DNA of 63,090 bases from Octopus bimaculoides (taxonomy: Eukaryota), in the NCBI RefSeq assembly GCF_001194135.2, contig NC_068986.1, forward strand, positions 59,571,639 to 59,634,728, in the 5' to 3' direction. Made by a program: the position numbers and the translations under genes. Shown here piece by piece: positions 1 through 13,502 of this stretch; the stretch's first letter is position 1, and each line of letters begins with the position of its first letter. Under the pieces are notes generated by a model, which saw nothing but the letters and a program-made list of their open reading frames with translations, was not told the origin of the DNA and ran no database searches.

Positions 1-35
<35 letters not shown>

Positions 36-1074
36 AGGCTTCTTTTAGTTTCTGTTTTCCAAATCTACCCAGAAGACTTTGGTCAGTTTGGGATTATAGT
101 AGAAGACAACTTGTTCAAAGCACTGCACAATGGACTGAACCTGAAGCCAGGCAATTGAGAAGCAAACTTCATAACCACACAGCCATGCCTGCACCTGAAT
201 GTATTAATTTGCATGACTATAAGTGGTGTTAGCACTATAGAATTATTGGCCGTTTCAATGGCTTATGGCATTGAGTTTGAATCATAGCTATGAGTAAAAC
301 TTGGAGAAAGACCAGCTTGGCCAAACTGAGTTGCTCTATAAACACAGTCTTCAATAGAACTCTGGTAGTCTGATCACTTATGGGACTCATCTTCAGCTTC
401 ACATAAATGTTGTTAATTAATCATTATTCAATATTTGCTAGCACTCATAATTAACATACATGTCAGTACTTGTAGAGTTGTCTCAATCAAGGTGTAACAG
501 AAAATTCAATGAAACAAAATCTTAGGTCAGCACTGATCCAGAAGCCCCATGATCAAAAACATTGAATCGATTTCTGTAAGTTCTCAGCTATATTTTAATT
601 ACATTATCCTGGATACACACATTTTTCAATAGGATAATTTGAAGATTTGGTTGCTATTATTTGACGGTCGAGTGATCACATAAATGTCCCCTGTTTGGCT
701 TGAATCAATATTGACTGATATATGATATAAGCACTAGGTTACTGGTATATTGTGGGGAAGATGATTGAGAGATAGAGTGTGATATTCATGTATTCTCAAA
801 CGTATTAGTGGCATGAATGAATCAAATTGTCTTCATCTGGGAACTGAAATCACATCAGAGATTTCTCTGGGAACTTATAGTTTTAGATACTCACCATAAT
901 GAATGCAAAACAAACACACACACATTGTTTGAGTTGTTAATGTACCATTCATTTTGGAAAACTTGTATTAATCCACATAACCAAGTCACACATTTGCCTT
1001 TACAAGAATCCAGAAAAATCACTTGGGTGTTTCTGTCTTTTTTTAGTCTTTGGAAACAGAAATTTTGTAAACTT

Positions 1075-1107
<33 letters not shown>

Positions 1108-2469
1108 CATTAATAATAATAATAATAATAATAATAAAATATAATTTACATTTCTACAAGTTGAAAAAATTTTTTATTACACATATGTACACATACACAC
1201 ATACATGCATGAATGCATGCATGCATGAATGCATGCATGCACACATGCACACATGCATGCACACACGCACACACATACATACATACATAAAGAGAAAAAG
1301 TGAGAAAGAGCAGCAACTAGAAAATTAGTTGACATCTAAGTAAAAAAGTTTTTGCTATTTATATTATTTATTTTTCTTTCCATTTAAACAGTTTGAAGTT
1401 TATTGCTATTTTGTTGACATTAATAATGTTTACTGAACATAACTTCAGCATTTTTATTTATTCATCAGTTATTTGAAACTTTCTAAACCTAATATAGAAA
1501 AACATTAACAACCAAATGAGAGCAAATGAGATGGCAGGGAAAGAGAGAGAAGGAACAAGAGAGGGGAGAGAAAGAGAGAGAGAGAAGAGAGAAGAGGAAA
1601 ACAGAATGGAGAGAGAGAGAGAGAGAGAGTAAAATTGTATGATATAAACAGAAATGGCAGAACAAATATAAAACGTGTAGTTCTTTAAAATTAATCATTT
1701 CTGCTACATTAATAATTAATGCAGGTTATTCGATTGTATTAATTAATCAGTTAATAAATAGCAGCCTTTAACACCATCTGTTTACAAATGAAAAAATATT
1801 TAGAAACACATGTGAAAGTATGCATTATTTACCTAATATATATATATATGCACATGTCATTACATTCTAGCGGTCATAAGATGTTAGGTGAGTAGTGAAG
1901 TAGGCCTCCAGCTTACTACATCTGAAGCAAAGCAAACTGCCCAACACCAACCATAAGCTGCTTGTTTGAACAATATTCTGAAGTCTGGTTTTAGGAAAAT
2001 GACCCAACAACCAGCCTGAAAAGTAGGCCAAGATGTATAGGTTACCCATGATTAACCCAATTTTTACCATATTTCTACTGAAACACATCCTCCTCAATTA
2101 ATTTTGAAAATAAAGGAAAATACAGTAAATTTACTTTGCTCTTTTTAACCAGATGCTTGGAACAAAATTAAAAGAAATATTCATAGGAAAAGAAATAAAG
2201 CAGATAGTACCACCATTATTGTGCCTGCTTTTCCATGCAGGAGTTGTATGGAGGAACAAGCCAGAAATTTGGAGTGAGGGGTTTAATCATTTAAAATGAC
2301 TTCAAAACTTAATTAGTAATTAATTTAGAAAGATGAAATTCAAAACTGACCTCAGTGCAATTTGAATCCAGAATGTAAAGTGTTACAGTAAATTGTTTAC
2401 TGCTTTAATAGTTATTCCAAATCACTGCTCTTAATAACAACAACAACAATAGTAATAATGGTGTTACCT

Positions 2470-3815
2470 TTTGCACAAGGCCAGCAATTTCAGGGGAGTG
2501 GGTAAGTCAATTACATTGACCCCAATAATCAACTAGTACTTATTTTATCGACCCCAAAAAATGAAAGTCAAAGTTGACTTCAATGAAATTTGAACTCAGA
2601 ACATAAAGATGGACAAAATTCACTGAGTATTTTGCCTAATGTGCTAAGAATTCTGCCAGCTCGCCACCCTAATAATAACGATAATAAAAATGGTAAAAGA
2701 TGGGCTACAACAAATATTCTGCTCAATACCACAGATTTGCTTGTTAATTGTTTGACCTTAACCAGTTGAGCATGTCCCTTGGTGGCTGATGATATGTGCA
2801 TTTCTGATCACAAGCAGGAGTAGTGGGGGAGCATCATAGCCATGTACTGAGAGGAATTCTTTGGGGTCTGTATAATTCACTTCTGGAAACATAAGTGTTT
2901 CATTCATCATTCTTAAACAACCCTTAGTCAGGGACCGTTTGAGTGGGTTGGGTTACTCAAACTGAAGAAAATTCTAACTCGACCCAACCTGCAAGGTCAT
3001 GTGCTGTTTATCTTGACATGAGATCACTATGTTGTGCACATATGGTTGTGATGCATGTACTTGCTGCACCCTTATCATATGGGTAGTCATGGTGGATATA
3101 TTGGTTTTGTATATTTGTACCCCAGTGTCACTTTGATAGCATGCACTGCTCTTTCACTCAATAATAATAATAATTTCTTAGATGAGGGACAGGGCCATAA
3201 ATTTTGTGGGAGGAGGTTAGTTGGTGAAATTAATTTGGTTAGTACTTTATTTTATGAAATCCAGAGATAAAAGGCAAAGATGACCTTGATGGGATTTGAA
3301 TTCAGAATACTACCAGCCAGAACAATTACTGCAAACAGTCAAAACTAATAATACTGCTAAATATTTTGCTGGTATAATGAAGATACTGCCAGTCCACTGA
3401 CCTGTTGCTGCTGCTGCTGATGATGATGATGATAGTAATAATAATAATCAAAGGTGGCATGCTGGCAGAATCGTTAGCATGCTGGGCAAAATGCTTAGCA
3501 ACATTTTGTTCATCTTTACGTTCATTCTGTGTTCAAATTCTGCTGAGATCAACTTTGCATTTCATCCTTTCAGGGTCAATAAAATAAAGTACCACAATAA
3601 TAATCATAATAATCCTTTCTACTATCGGCACAAGGCCTGAAATTTTTGGTGGGAGGAGTGATAGTCAATCACATCAACCCTAGTACTTGACTGGTACTTA
3701 ATTTATTGACCTTGAAAGGATGAAAAGCAAAGTAGACCTCAGTGGAATTTGAACTCAGACGAAATATTGCTAAACAGTTCACCTGGCATGCTAACAATTC
3801 TGCCAGCTTGCCACC
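2470..3815. mobile_element. Cluster of tRNA-headed SINE family B copies interleaved with a LINE 3' tail
   Basis: Repeated tggcagaatcgttagc...gagttcaaattc...ctttcatcc unit at ~2470-2670(-), 3180-3370(-), 3450-3600(+) and 3620-3815(-). Confidence 0.75.
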
Positions 3816-3839
3816 TTAAATAATAATAATAATAATAAT

Positions 3840-4420
3840 GATAAATGCCCTGATGCAGTATCAGGTAGTGGCTTTCATGGTTTCTCATCCTACCTGATTA
3901 GAAGTGCTATCATGTACAGTGTTTTGTCTTAGTATATAGAAGATGGGCTACAGCAAATATTCTGTTCAATACCACAGATTTGTTTGACCTTAACCAGTTG
4001 AGCATTCCCTTAGTGGCTGATGATATGTGCATCTCTGATCATGAGCAGAAGTAGTGGGTAGCATCATAGCCATGTGTTGAGAGGAATTCTTTGGGGTTTG
4101 GATAATTCACTTCTGGAAGCATGGGTGTTTCATTCAACATCCTTAAATAGACCTTAGTCAGCGACCTTTTGAGAGGGATGAGCTACTCAACCTGAAGAAA
4201 ATTCTTACTGGGCCCCACCTACAAGGTCATGCACTGTTAATCTTAGTATGAGATTACCATGTTGTGCACATGTGGTTGTGGTGTAAGTGCCTGCTGCACT
4301 CTTATCAGATGGGTGTAGTCATGATGGGTATACTGGGTTTCGTATATTTGTACCCCAGTGTCACTTTGATGGCATACACTGCTCTCTCACTCAATAATAA
4401 TAATAATAATAACAATAATA
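3840..4420 (+). mobile_element. LINE 3'-terminal segment ending in (AAT)n; second copy at ~2690-3180
   Basis: About 490 bp shared (gatgggctac...gcactgctct..cactcaataataat). Both copies are flanked by AAT repeats. Confidence 0.7.
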
Positions 4421-5124
4421 ATGCTTTGTAATTCAGGCACAAGACCAACAATTTTGAGGGGAGGGGTTAGTCATCAAACCCAGTCCTTGGCTTGTATTTT
4501 AGGTAAAGTTGAACATAGTGAGACTTGAACTTATATTGTAAAGTGCTAGAAGAAATGCAAGAAAGCATTTTTCCTGATACTCTTTCAATTCTACCATCCT
4601 CACAATAATACTCCTTACATAGGGACAAAGCTTTATATTTTTAGGGAAGGAAACAGCTGATTATATCAACCCTAGTAATTTAACATACACATGTTTTATA
4701 AAATAAGAAAAATAATAATAAATTTCTAATATGTATGTTTATAATGAGAAAAAAAACAGGGCCAACTAATAAATATGTATTTCTGAATGCAAAAACATTT
4801 AGTGATGAGTATTTAAGTAGTAAGCCTGGCTGACAAAACTAGATAACAAGCTTCGAGCAATGACTTAAAAAAAACCCAAACAAATAAACGTTATTCAGTC
4901 ATTCTGTAAGTATGAACACACACACACACACATACCCAAACACACACACACACACACACACACATAAACACACAGAATATATATGCATGTGTTTGTGTTT
5001 TGTGTGTCTATGTGTACGAGAAGAACTAAACTATTTAATCAGCATTTTCTCAGTGGTATGTGGGCTCTTAGCAACAGAAATATGGGCATGCGGATAGGAT
5101 GAGAAGGAAAAGCACCAAATAATA

Positions 5125-5135
5125 ACAACAACAGC

Positions 5136-5176
<41 letters not shown>

Positions 5177-5212
5177 CCACCACCACCACCACCACCACCA
5201 CCACCACCACAA
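5125..5212. repeat. Compound (AAC)n-(CAC)n microsatellite
   Basis: Directly visible. Confidence 0.95.
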
Positions 5213-5261
5213 CATAAAATGCTTAGATAATAAATAAATATATAATTAAAAGTTGGAAAGG

Positions 5262-5696
5262 NNNNNNNNNNNNNNNNNNNNNNNNNNNNNNNNNNNNNNN
5301 NNNNNNNNNNNNNNNNNNNNNNNNNNNNNNNNNNNNNNNNNNNNNNNNNNNNNNNNNNNNNNNNNNNNNNNNNNNNNNNNNNNNNNNNNNNNNNNNNNNN
5401 NNNNNNNNNNNNNNNNNNNNNNNNNNNNNNNNNNNNNNNNNNNNNNNNNNNNNNNNNNNNNNNNNNNNNNNNNNNNNNNNNNNNNNNNNNNNNNNNNNNN
5501 NNNNNNNNNNNNNNNNNNNNNNNNNNNNNNNNNNNNNNNNNNNNNNNNNNNNNNNNNNNNNNNNNNNNNNNNNNNNNNNNNNNNNNNNNNNNNNNNNNNN
5601 NNNNNNNNNNNNNNNNNNNNNNNNNNNNNNNNNNNNNNNNNNNNNNNNNNNNNNNNNNNNNNNNNNNNNNNNNNNNNNNNNNNNNNNNNNNNNNNN
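5262..5696. other. Assembly gap
   Basis: N run. Confidence 1.
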
Positions 5697-7523
5697 TGAG
5701 TGACAACCTGACAGTTTGTTGATGGAAATCACATTTTAAGAATATCTTACTAAGCAAACAGCAGATAGGATAATTTGGTTTCGATTTGGAAATTATTATT
5801 ATTTTTATGATTTTTTTTTTTTTTTAATGTTCATATGTTGTTTAACATCAAGGTCAATGTGGATTTGGTTTTGGTGTTTATAGGTTAGTCCTGAAATAGT
5901 AGTTGTTGTCTAGCAACAGATCAGTTGTTGTTTTATTACAGGTAAATGTTGATGATGATGTAGTTGTATAACCCCAGCTCAACCCTGATCAAGCAAACCC
6001 ATGCTCAGAATGACTTTTGTTACGACCATTCCATCTTTTGTTCAGACAAAGTGCATTTACAAATGTAACAAATTGTCAGAATTGTTAGAACACTGAACAA
6101 AATTCTTTACTATATTTGTTTTGGTGCTTTATGTCTGAGTTTAAATTGCACTGTGCTCAACTGTGATGCTCATTCTTCTGGGGTCAACAAAACATCATAC
6201 CAGGACAAAGCAGTGAATTAGTGGAATTGCTAAAACATTGGATAAAAATACTTTATGGTATTTCTTCAGGCTCTTTATAGTCTGAATGTACAGATAGATA
6301 TGGCAAACTTGTTTGTAACTAGTTGATAATATGGTATTTAAAAAAAAAATATCTGAAGGAACTCAAAGAGAAACCAGCTTTGTATTCTCCAATGAAAATT
6401 TAGCACTTGTCAAGGAAGTTATCAAAGGATTGTTTGCTGATCTGATGCCATAAAGAAGGAAATGTATCCAGGATTGCATTACCAAATATTCTCTTACATT
6501 TTCTTTTTAAGATGGCAGGGTGTGGTTTGATAAAAATTTGACTGTTATTTCTTACAAGCTAAGGACCTCATAGAAACCCTTCGTAAGCTTATTTACTGAA
6601 AAAGAACTTTTGATCGAGAGTAACAATCACAGAAAAGTTAACAAAATCAACTGAATGGTAATACTTTGTTGAAGCTATTGTGTACATGCCATCATTGTTG
6701 TCATCATCAATGCCATTTGTAGATTTTATAAATTATTTTCATCACTTTACCTAAGATTAATCCTTTTGATACCAAGTAGTATGACACTGCAGGTGCATTG
6801 ATAAAAAAATAAAATTGACCTGTTTTGAAGTGTTCATATTTAAATGAAAAACTCTCCTTCTTCCATCAAAATGCTATGTGTTATGTCACAAATACAGTCT
6901 TAATAAATAAATTAATGTTGAATCAAAGAGAGAATTGACCAGCAAAAAGTTGCAGCAATATATTCCCAAAAATTACACTTCATTATCTCCTAAATTTTAC
7001 CAATGCTGTTATTGTTAGTATTTTAACAAAGACAACAAAGGAAACTGAAAATTTGTCAAGGTTATGTTCATAGCATAGGTAATAAATAAGGTGTTATTGA
7101 CATAACTGATGTCAACTGCAAATATAATATTGTGTCTGTGAAGATAGCAAGACACTTAAGACTTTGTACTTCAATTCTTGTGAGAATGTATAGCCTTCTG
7201 AGAAAGACTAGCATTCCACTGAGAGCACAGTTCATCGTTCATCTGTTTAATGCTTTCTAATAAAAAACTAAGCAATGACTATACATCCAATGTGAATAGA
7301 AGCATTTTCCTCACTTTGTATGTGTGTTTGTGTATTCTCTCTATATATACACACACACACATACAAATATAAATATATACATGTTTGCATGTGTGTTGCT
7401 TCCCAACAACAAGAATCTGGGTTCAGCTCCACCACATGGCATCTTGGGCAAGTATCTTCTGCCATAGCCCTAGGCTGACAAAAACATTGTGAATGAATTT
7501 GGAAGGAAACAGAAAAAAGCCTG

Positions 7524-7556
<33 letters not shown>

Positions 7557-8879
7557 TAAAGGGGATTAAGATATGCATGTGTGTGTGTGTGTGTGTGTAT
7601 AAAATATAAATTTATACCATTATATATAATATGCACACACATTTTCTTTTGTGGAGTGAGCTCAGTAAAAACAAGGAGTATATTTATGACAAAGTACACA
7701 AAAAGACCCAAAAATAAATTAGCATTCACTGTATCTACATGCACACATGTACACAAAAAGACCCAAACAGATAAACCTTTGGAGTATTACTGTTGAAAAA
7801 GTGTGTAATTCTGCATGTTAAGCATGCTGTAAATATGCATTAAACTTGCATTTGTTGATGAAGTGCAACATTCATTGAATTGTTGCATAGAAACCCAGTC
7901 CTGAATGTAAGAGTTTCATGTCTGTATCAACAAATTTAGTCTTCTATTTCCAAAGACATTGAGGCCAAATTCTTTTGTTGTTACTTGTAGTTTGTCATAT
8001 ATATGTATATGTGTATACACACACATACGCACATATTTAAAAGAAGAAAAGAAAATTGGTCATCTTCGCTTCTTACAGCCATTTCAATTAACACTCAATA
8101 ATTTAATTGCAAATTTGTACATTAAATTTACGTTTATGTGACATGAGTATAATTTCAGCAGAGAATAAAAAAGATGTACCTTGAGATGTTATATCTATCA
8201 ATTCATTTCAGCAGACGGCTGAAGATGACCAATTTGTTGTTAATAATAAGCAATTATTAATTTCCTTATCTCCATTTTCTTTTCTTCTTTTAAATGGATA
8301 TAAACTATATGCTTAATATATACCTCTTGTTTTAAAGGAATTTCATTCCCCATAAATACTAGGTATTGGACAAGTATTTCCTTGGATGCAATCATCCTTT
8401 CACGAGGTTAGCATATCCTCTAATTAAATATATATATATATATACTAGACTTACTATCCAGCCTTGCCTGATAAAGTATTCACGGAATCGTTTGCCAGTT
8501 TGTAGAATGGGAATTCACAGTATTTATGCATGTATATATATTTAACCTAACTTCTGGACTTATTTAATTGAAAGTATCCAAACAATAGTAATCAATTTAC
8601 ATAAGCGGAAGCATTCTTTTTAACAATTTTTATCCTGAAAATCACCTGTTACTTTCGTTTTCAAGTGAAAGAGAGGAGAAAGTGAAAGATGTATGAATGT
8701 GTATATGAAATGGACATGTGTGCATGTGTGTGTGAGAGAGAGTGTGCCACTTACACATACATGAGAACACTCACATTTACTCACTCACTCTCTCTCTTAT
8801 CTATTAAACCATCAAAAGCTTGTTTATTTTTATGCTTTTTGATTTATTATTAGTATTGCTTAATATATTTTGCTAAAAT

Positions 8880-9901
8880 TGCTGTTTCTGTTCAGATATC
8901 ATCAGAAAAAGCTAATTAAAATTCATTACAATGACAGATCTATTGGACTTTCAAAGAGGTCAAGTTGTTGGTGCTTGTATGGCAGGTGCTAGCGTAATGA
9001 AAACAGCCAAAATGCTTGGTGTATCAAGAAGTACTATCTCGAAAGTAATGACAGCCTTTGAGAAAGAGGGAAAAACCTCCTCATCAAAACAAAACTCCGG
9101 AAGAAAACCAAAACTTTCAGATAGGGACTGTCGGACTCTTATGCAAATTGTTAGAAAGGATCACAAAAGTACAGCTCCCAAAATTACTGCAGAGCTTAAT
9201 GACCACCTCGAGAACCCAGTTTCCACAAAAACTGTTTACCGGGTGCTGCACAAAGCCGGATTTCACAGGAGGGCTGCAATCAGAAAACCACTACTTTCAA
9301 AAACAAATGTTGAAAGCATTTAGAGTAGAGTAAAAACCTATTGAATTGGTTCCTAGAGCAGTGGAAGAATGTTATTTTCTTGGACAAGTCATCCTTTACC
9401 CTAATTCTGATCACTGGCCGAGTATACGTGTGGAGACAGCCAAAAGAAGCATTTCACCTAGACTGCTTTCTTCCAACTGTTAAACATGGAAGAGGATCTG
9501 TGATGATCTGGTGGGGGGCTATATCTTGGAAATCCGCTGGCCCAGTGGTTTCCCTTAATGGCAGATTTAATAGTCAAGACTAAGCATTTTATCTGATCAA
9601 ATTCATCCTATGGTTGCAGAACTGTTTCTGGACGGAAATGCAATATTTCAAGATGATAATGCACCAATTCACACAGAAAAACAAGTAAGGTGTCGATATC
9701 CTCCACCATCATCACTACAAGAACTGGAGACTGTTTTAACTGAGGAATGGACAAAAATTCCTTTGGAAATAATTCAAGCTTTGTATGAGTCCATACGTCA
9801 TAGAATTCAAGCTGTAATTACTGCCAAAGGCGGTCGTACCCCATATTAAAATAAATTTGTTTGAAATTTTAAGGTGTTTCCATTATTTTGTTCAACCCCT
9901 G
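8880..9901 (+). mobile_element. Tc1-family DNA transposon, degenerate transposase, right TIR only
   Basis: Successive ORFs give HTH (RGQVVGACMAGASV...SGRKPKLSDRD), VIFxDxSSF and FQDDNAP motifs. The SPDLNPIE region appears deleted. Ends ggtgtttccattattttgttcaacccctg|TA. Confidence 0.9.
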
Positions 9902-10259
9902 TACATCTTTCACTTTCTCCTCTCTTTCACTTTCTCCTCTCTTTCACTTTAAAACAAAAGTAAATGAATGAAAATTTCTTATGGAAATTAACGAACTCTG
10001 GCTGATGAAATCACATTCAGTTAAAAATATTTCTAAATGATTAAAATATTGTGTATGTTAAAATGTCAATGGCTTTTTTTTCTTAGTGAGCGTGAAGACA
10101 ATGTGTGTGTATATGTCACAGATAGTGAACGTGTGTTTATGTTGATTGACATGCTATGACATTCATTATATGTGTGTGTATTCTGTATGTGTGTATGTGC
10201 GTGGACATCATGGAAGCCATGTATTCTTTTCATTAAGAAATAGCAAAAATTGTGTTTAA

Positions 10260-10600
10260 TCGTTTAAATAGAGGTCCAAATGTTATAAATATTTGTACTG
10301 CACTACTGAAGGAAGTGTCATGGATCCACACTTCATTGAGTCTTATTTGAAGATTGGCACAAAGGAGTATCTGGACATCCTGAATAACTCTCTGTTTACC
10401 TTGGATGGAGCAGAAATATGGGTCTGACAATGTGGTGCTGATCCAGGATTCTGCACCATAGGTCAAAAGTAACATATGTCTTCCTTGAAGAGAAGGTGCC
10501 ATTTTTTGTGATGGCCAACATCCGGCTCAGTAATAGCCCGGATCTCAACCTTCTCGATTACTTTTTATGGGCGCACTTCAAGCAAAGACCAACGCTTCAT
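10260..10600 (+). mobile_element. Tc1/mariner (maT-like) transposase C-terminal fragment
   Basis: + strand reads VVLIQDSAP and NSPDLNLLDYFLW with stops and frameshifts. Confidence 0.7.
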
Positions 10601-10640
10601 CACCTCTGATTATAGTTATGGATGTAATTATAGAATATTT

Positions 10641-10680
<40 letters not shown>

Positions 10681-10682
<2 letters not shown>

Positions 10683-10787
10683 GATAGTTTATTAAGTAAC
10701 CAGAAGATGGATTTGGTATTAATCTTTATTTTGTACAAAAGAAAGGTTAATACCAAATCCATCTTTGGTTAATTAATAAACTATCAT
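10681..10787. repeat. ~107-bp near-perfect palindrome next to (TA)n
   Basis: 46-47-bp arms with 2 mismatches and 1 indel; centre ttttgtacaaaa is itself palindromic. Confidence 0.9.
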
Positions 10788-10909
10788 TATCTCAACTAGC
10801 ACTGTGGTGTTCCTGAAGTAGATCTGACTGTGGATGACACCATGTAGCTCAAATTGTGCCAGTGCTCTACTCAACTACAAAAGAAATGATGTTTCCACAC
10901 ATACACACA

Positions 10910-11185
10910 NNNNNNNNNNNNNNNNNNNNNNNNNNNNNNNNNNNNNNNNNNNNNNNNNNNNNNNNNNNNNNNNNNNNNNNNNNNNNNNNNNNNNNNNNNN
11001 NNNNNNNNNNNNNNNNNNNNNNNNNNNNNNNNNNNNNNNNNNNNNNNNNNNNNNNNNNNNNNNNNNNNNNNNNNNNNNNNNNNNNNNNNNNNNNNNNNNN
11101 NNNNNNNNNNNNNNNNNNNNNNNNNNNNNNNNNNNNNNNNNNNNNNNNNNNNNNNNNNNNNNNNNNNNNNNNNNNNNNNNNNNNN
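10910..11185. other. Assembly gap
   Basis: N run. Confidence 1.
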
Positions 11186-11590
11186 GTGCAGACTTTACCA
11201 GCCACAAGTGAGGATTAGAACTGAATGCCTTCCTATAACCAAATCATACATTCAAATTTTATGTTCACAAGGTTTTTGCAGTGTTTCCTTACTTTGGACA
11301 GCACAGTTCATATTTTCATACACATATATATACATACATACATACACATACATACATACATGCATACATACATAATACATACATACATACATACATACAT
11401 ACATACATACATACATACCTACATACAAACATACATACATACATACATACATACGTATGAAAATACGAACTGTGCTGTCCAAAGTAAGGAAACACTGCAA
11501 AAACCTTGTGAACATAAAAATTGAATGTATGATTTGATTATAGGTAGGCATTCAATTCTAATCCTCACTTGTGCTGTTAAAGTCTGCACT
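11186..11590. repeat. ~140-bp inverted duplication of the LINE RT 5' end around an (ATAC)n tract
   Basis: 11186-11325 is the reverse complement of 11452-11590 with about 8-9 differences. Confidence 0.9.
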
Positions 11591-13200
11591 TGCCAAAAGT
11601 ACCAGCTATCCTAGTCGTTGCCATTGAGAGGCTCACAAAGACCTAGACAACAATCTTCACATTTAAAACAGTCAATGGAATGATCATCTCTAATATTATA
11701 ATTACTTCAAAGGAAATATTCCAAGGTGATAGTCTTTCTGTAATTCTGTATATTTTGGCATTAACTCTGTTATCATTTCTGCTACAAAAATTAAATGGCT
11801 ACAATGCTAGATCTACATCTGATAGAGATACCAATGTAGCCCATAATTTCTTTGGAGATGAACTAAAGATATATACTACAAATGTTAACAATGCCAAAAG
11901 ATAAAGCTGGAATTTGGCTAAGAGAAAGGTTTGTGTTTGATTCTTAAATGTGGAAAATCAGTACCCTGATTCCAAAACCTGTGCATTAATAGTCTCTCTA
12001 TCTTGCCTGTTCCTCACAAAGAATGCTACAAATGCCTAGGTAGTGATGAAAATATATCACACAAAGGTACTGAGAATAAAGGTGGAACAGCCTGAGAATA
12101 TTACACTAGACTTAGAAAAATATGGCAGTTGGAACTCTCTTCATACAACAAGACAATATCCCAGTACCAGTTCCTGCATTGGTCTGTGGAAGAAATCCAC
12201 TCCTTAGACATTAAAACCTGCAGGTTCCTGACATCAACTAGAAACTTCCACAGAAACAGTGGTATTGACAGGCATTAGGAAAAGATGAAGGAGGCAGAGG
12301 CTTGAGAATCAGGACAGACAGTCTTCAAATGTCATATTGCATCTCTCAGACAGTAAGCAACAGCAACCAAACAACAGCTAAACAACAGCAGCCAAAATAA
12401 ATATATAAACTCAATGTTGGAAAGCAAAGGACAATATCCTATATGTCGGTAGCAAGCTCCTCAAGAAGTACTCCCTTATTGATCTTCCATACAACCTCAA
12501 AACAATTGGGCTAACATAACTTAAAGAAGAGCTGGATGTGAAGTGCTTGGTAAAAAAACTATGCATGGGTATGTTTTCCAAAGACTTGAAGATAACACTA
12601 ATATTAACATGAAGTGGACTTGTGATTACTACATTGCATCACTTCAAAGGCTATACATTTGCAATCCAAGAGTAGCAGACTGTTACAAAATACTTCATGA
12701 TGCAACCCAAAATGTCTATTATGTCACATTTCTGAGGAAGACATCTTAAAATGTCATAAAGGTATTTCCTCTCAATGCAACATGGTGTTGCTAAACAATC
12801 TATAAAGCCAATCAAAAAAAAATATTATTATGGGATAAATATAAACAATGCTCCCAACACAAGGAATATTGGTGGAAAATTCCGTAAAAACTTCTCTTAA
12901 ATGCAAACAATGATATCATTGGGACAGATACAAAAATGTATGTACCATCATAGAGGTCAGCTGCCCTGCTGATGTGAATGTCTTTTTGAAAAGTCAAAGA
13001 GAAAGAGGATAACTATGGATAACAGCTTCAGGAACTTCAGCTTCTATACCCAGATTATAAATTCATATTCATACCAATAAGGTTTTGTGAGTATATATAT
13101 GCCTGAGTAACAAACCGGATAAGCTAAGGTCTTCAAAAAAATTAATCAACCAGCTAATTTGCATATTACAATTACAGTCTGTAAAGGAACTAAAAATGTG
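11460..13200 (+). mobile_element. Degenerate R4/Dong-like non-LTR retrotransposon (RT through REL-endonuclease region)
   Basis: Frameshifted RT motifs V*FDYR*AFNSNPH, IFQGDSLS and HNFFGDELKIY (HxxYxDDLKxY-like). C-terminal LQLLYPDYKFIFIPI. Confidence 0.8.
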
Positions 13201-13438
13201 CAATAATTTTCTTGAGTTTACAATCTGACACTGCTTTTGTTATCTACATTCCGACAATGGAGCTTTGTACTTTTTCTTTTTAGAAATCAGCACCTTCCTT
13301 ATAGAACAAATGAATGAATGAACAAACAAACAAACAAATAAATAAACAAACATCTATCCATCCAAACACACACACACGTTTCTCTGTCTCTCTTAAGAAA
13401 GGCATCAATAGAATTCTTATTCCAAGAATTCTTATATG

Positions 13439-13443
<5 letters not shown>

Positions 13444-13498
<55 letters not shown>
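13444..13498. repeat. (TG)n microsatellite
   Basis: Directly visible. Many other CA, TA, TAA and ATAC tracts occur throughout. Confidence 0.95.

Positions 13499-13502
<4 letters not shown>

Noticed and set aside
817-1077. 86-aa ORF or possible LINE C-terminal relic
   Set aside because: Only a vague LGT-containing resemblance; not enough to call.
1915-2016. Minus-strand acceptor/donor pair as a downstream exon
   Set aside because: The phase needed to follow the 16684 donor hits a stop after 8 codons.
9998-10040. CTGATGA followed by AAAAATATTTC
   Set aside because: Too degenerate: no GAAA and no stem I.
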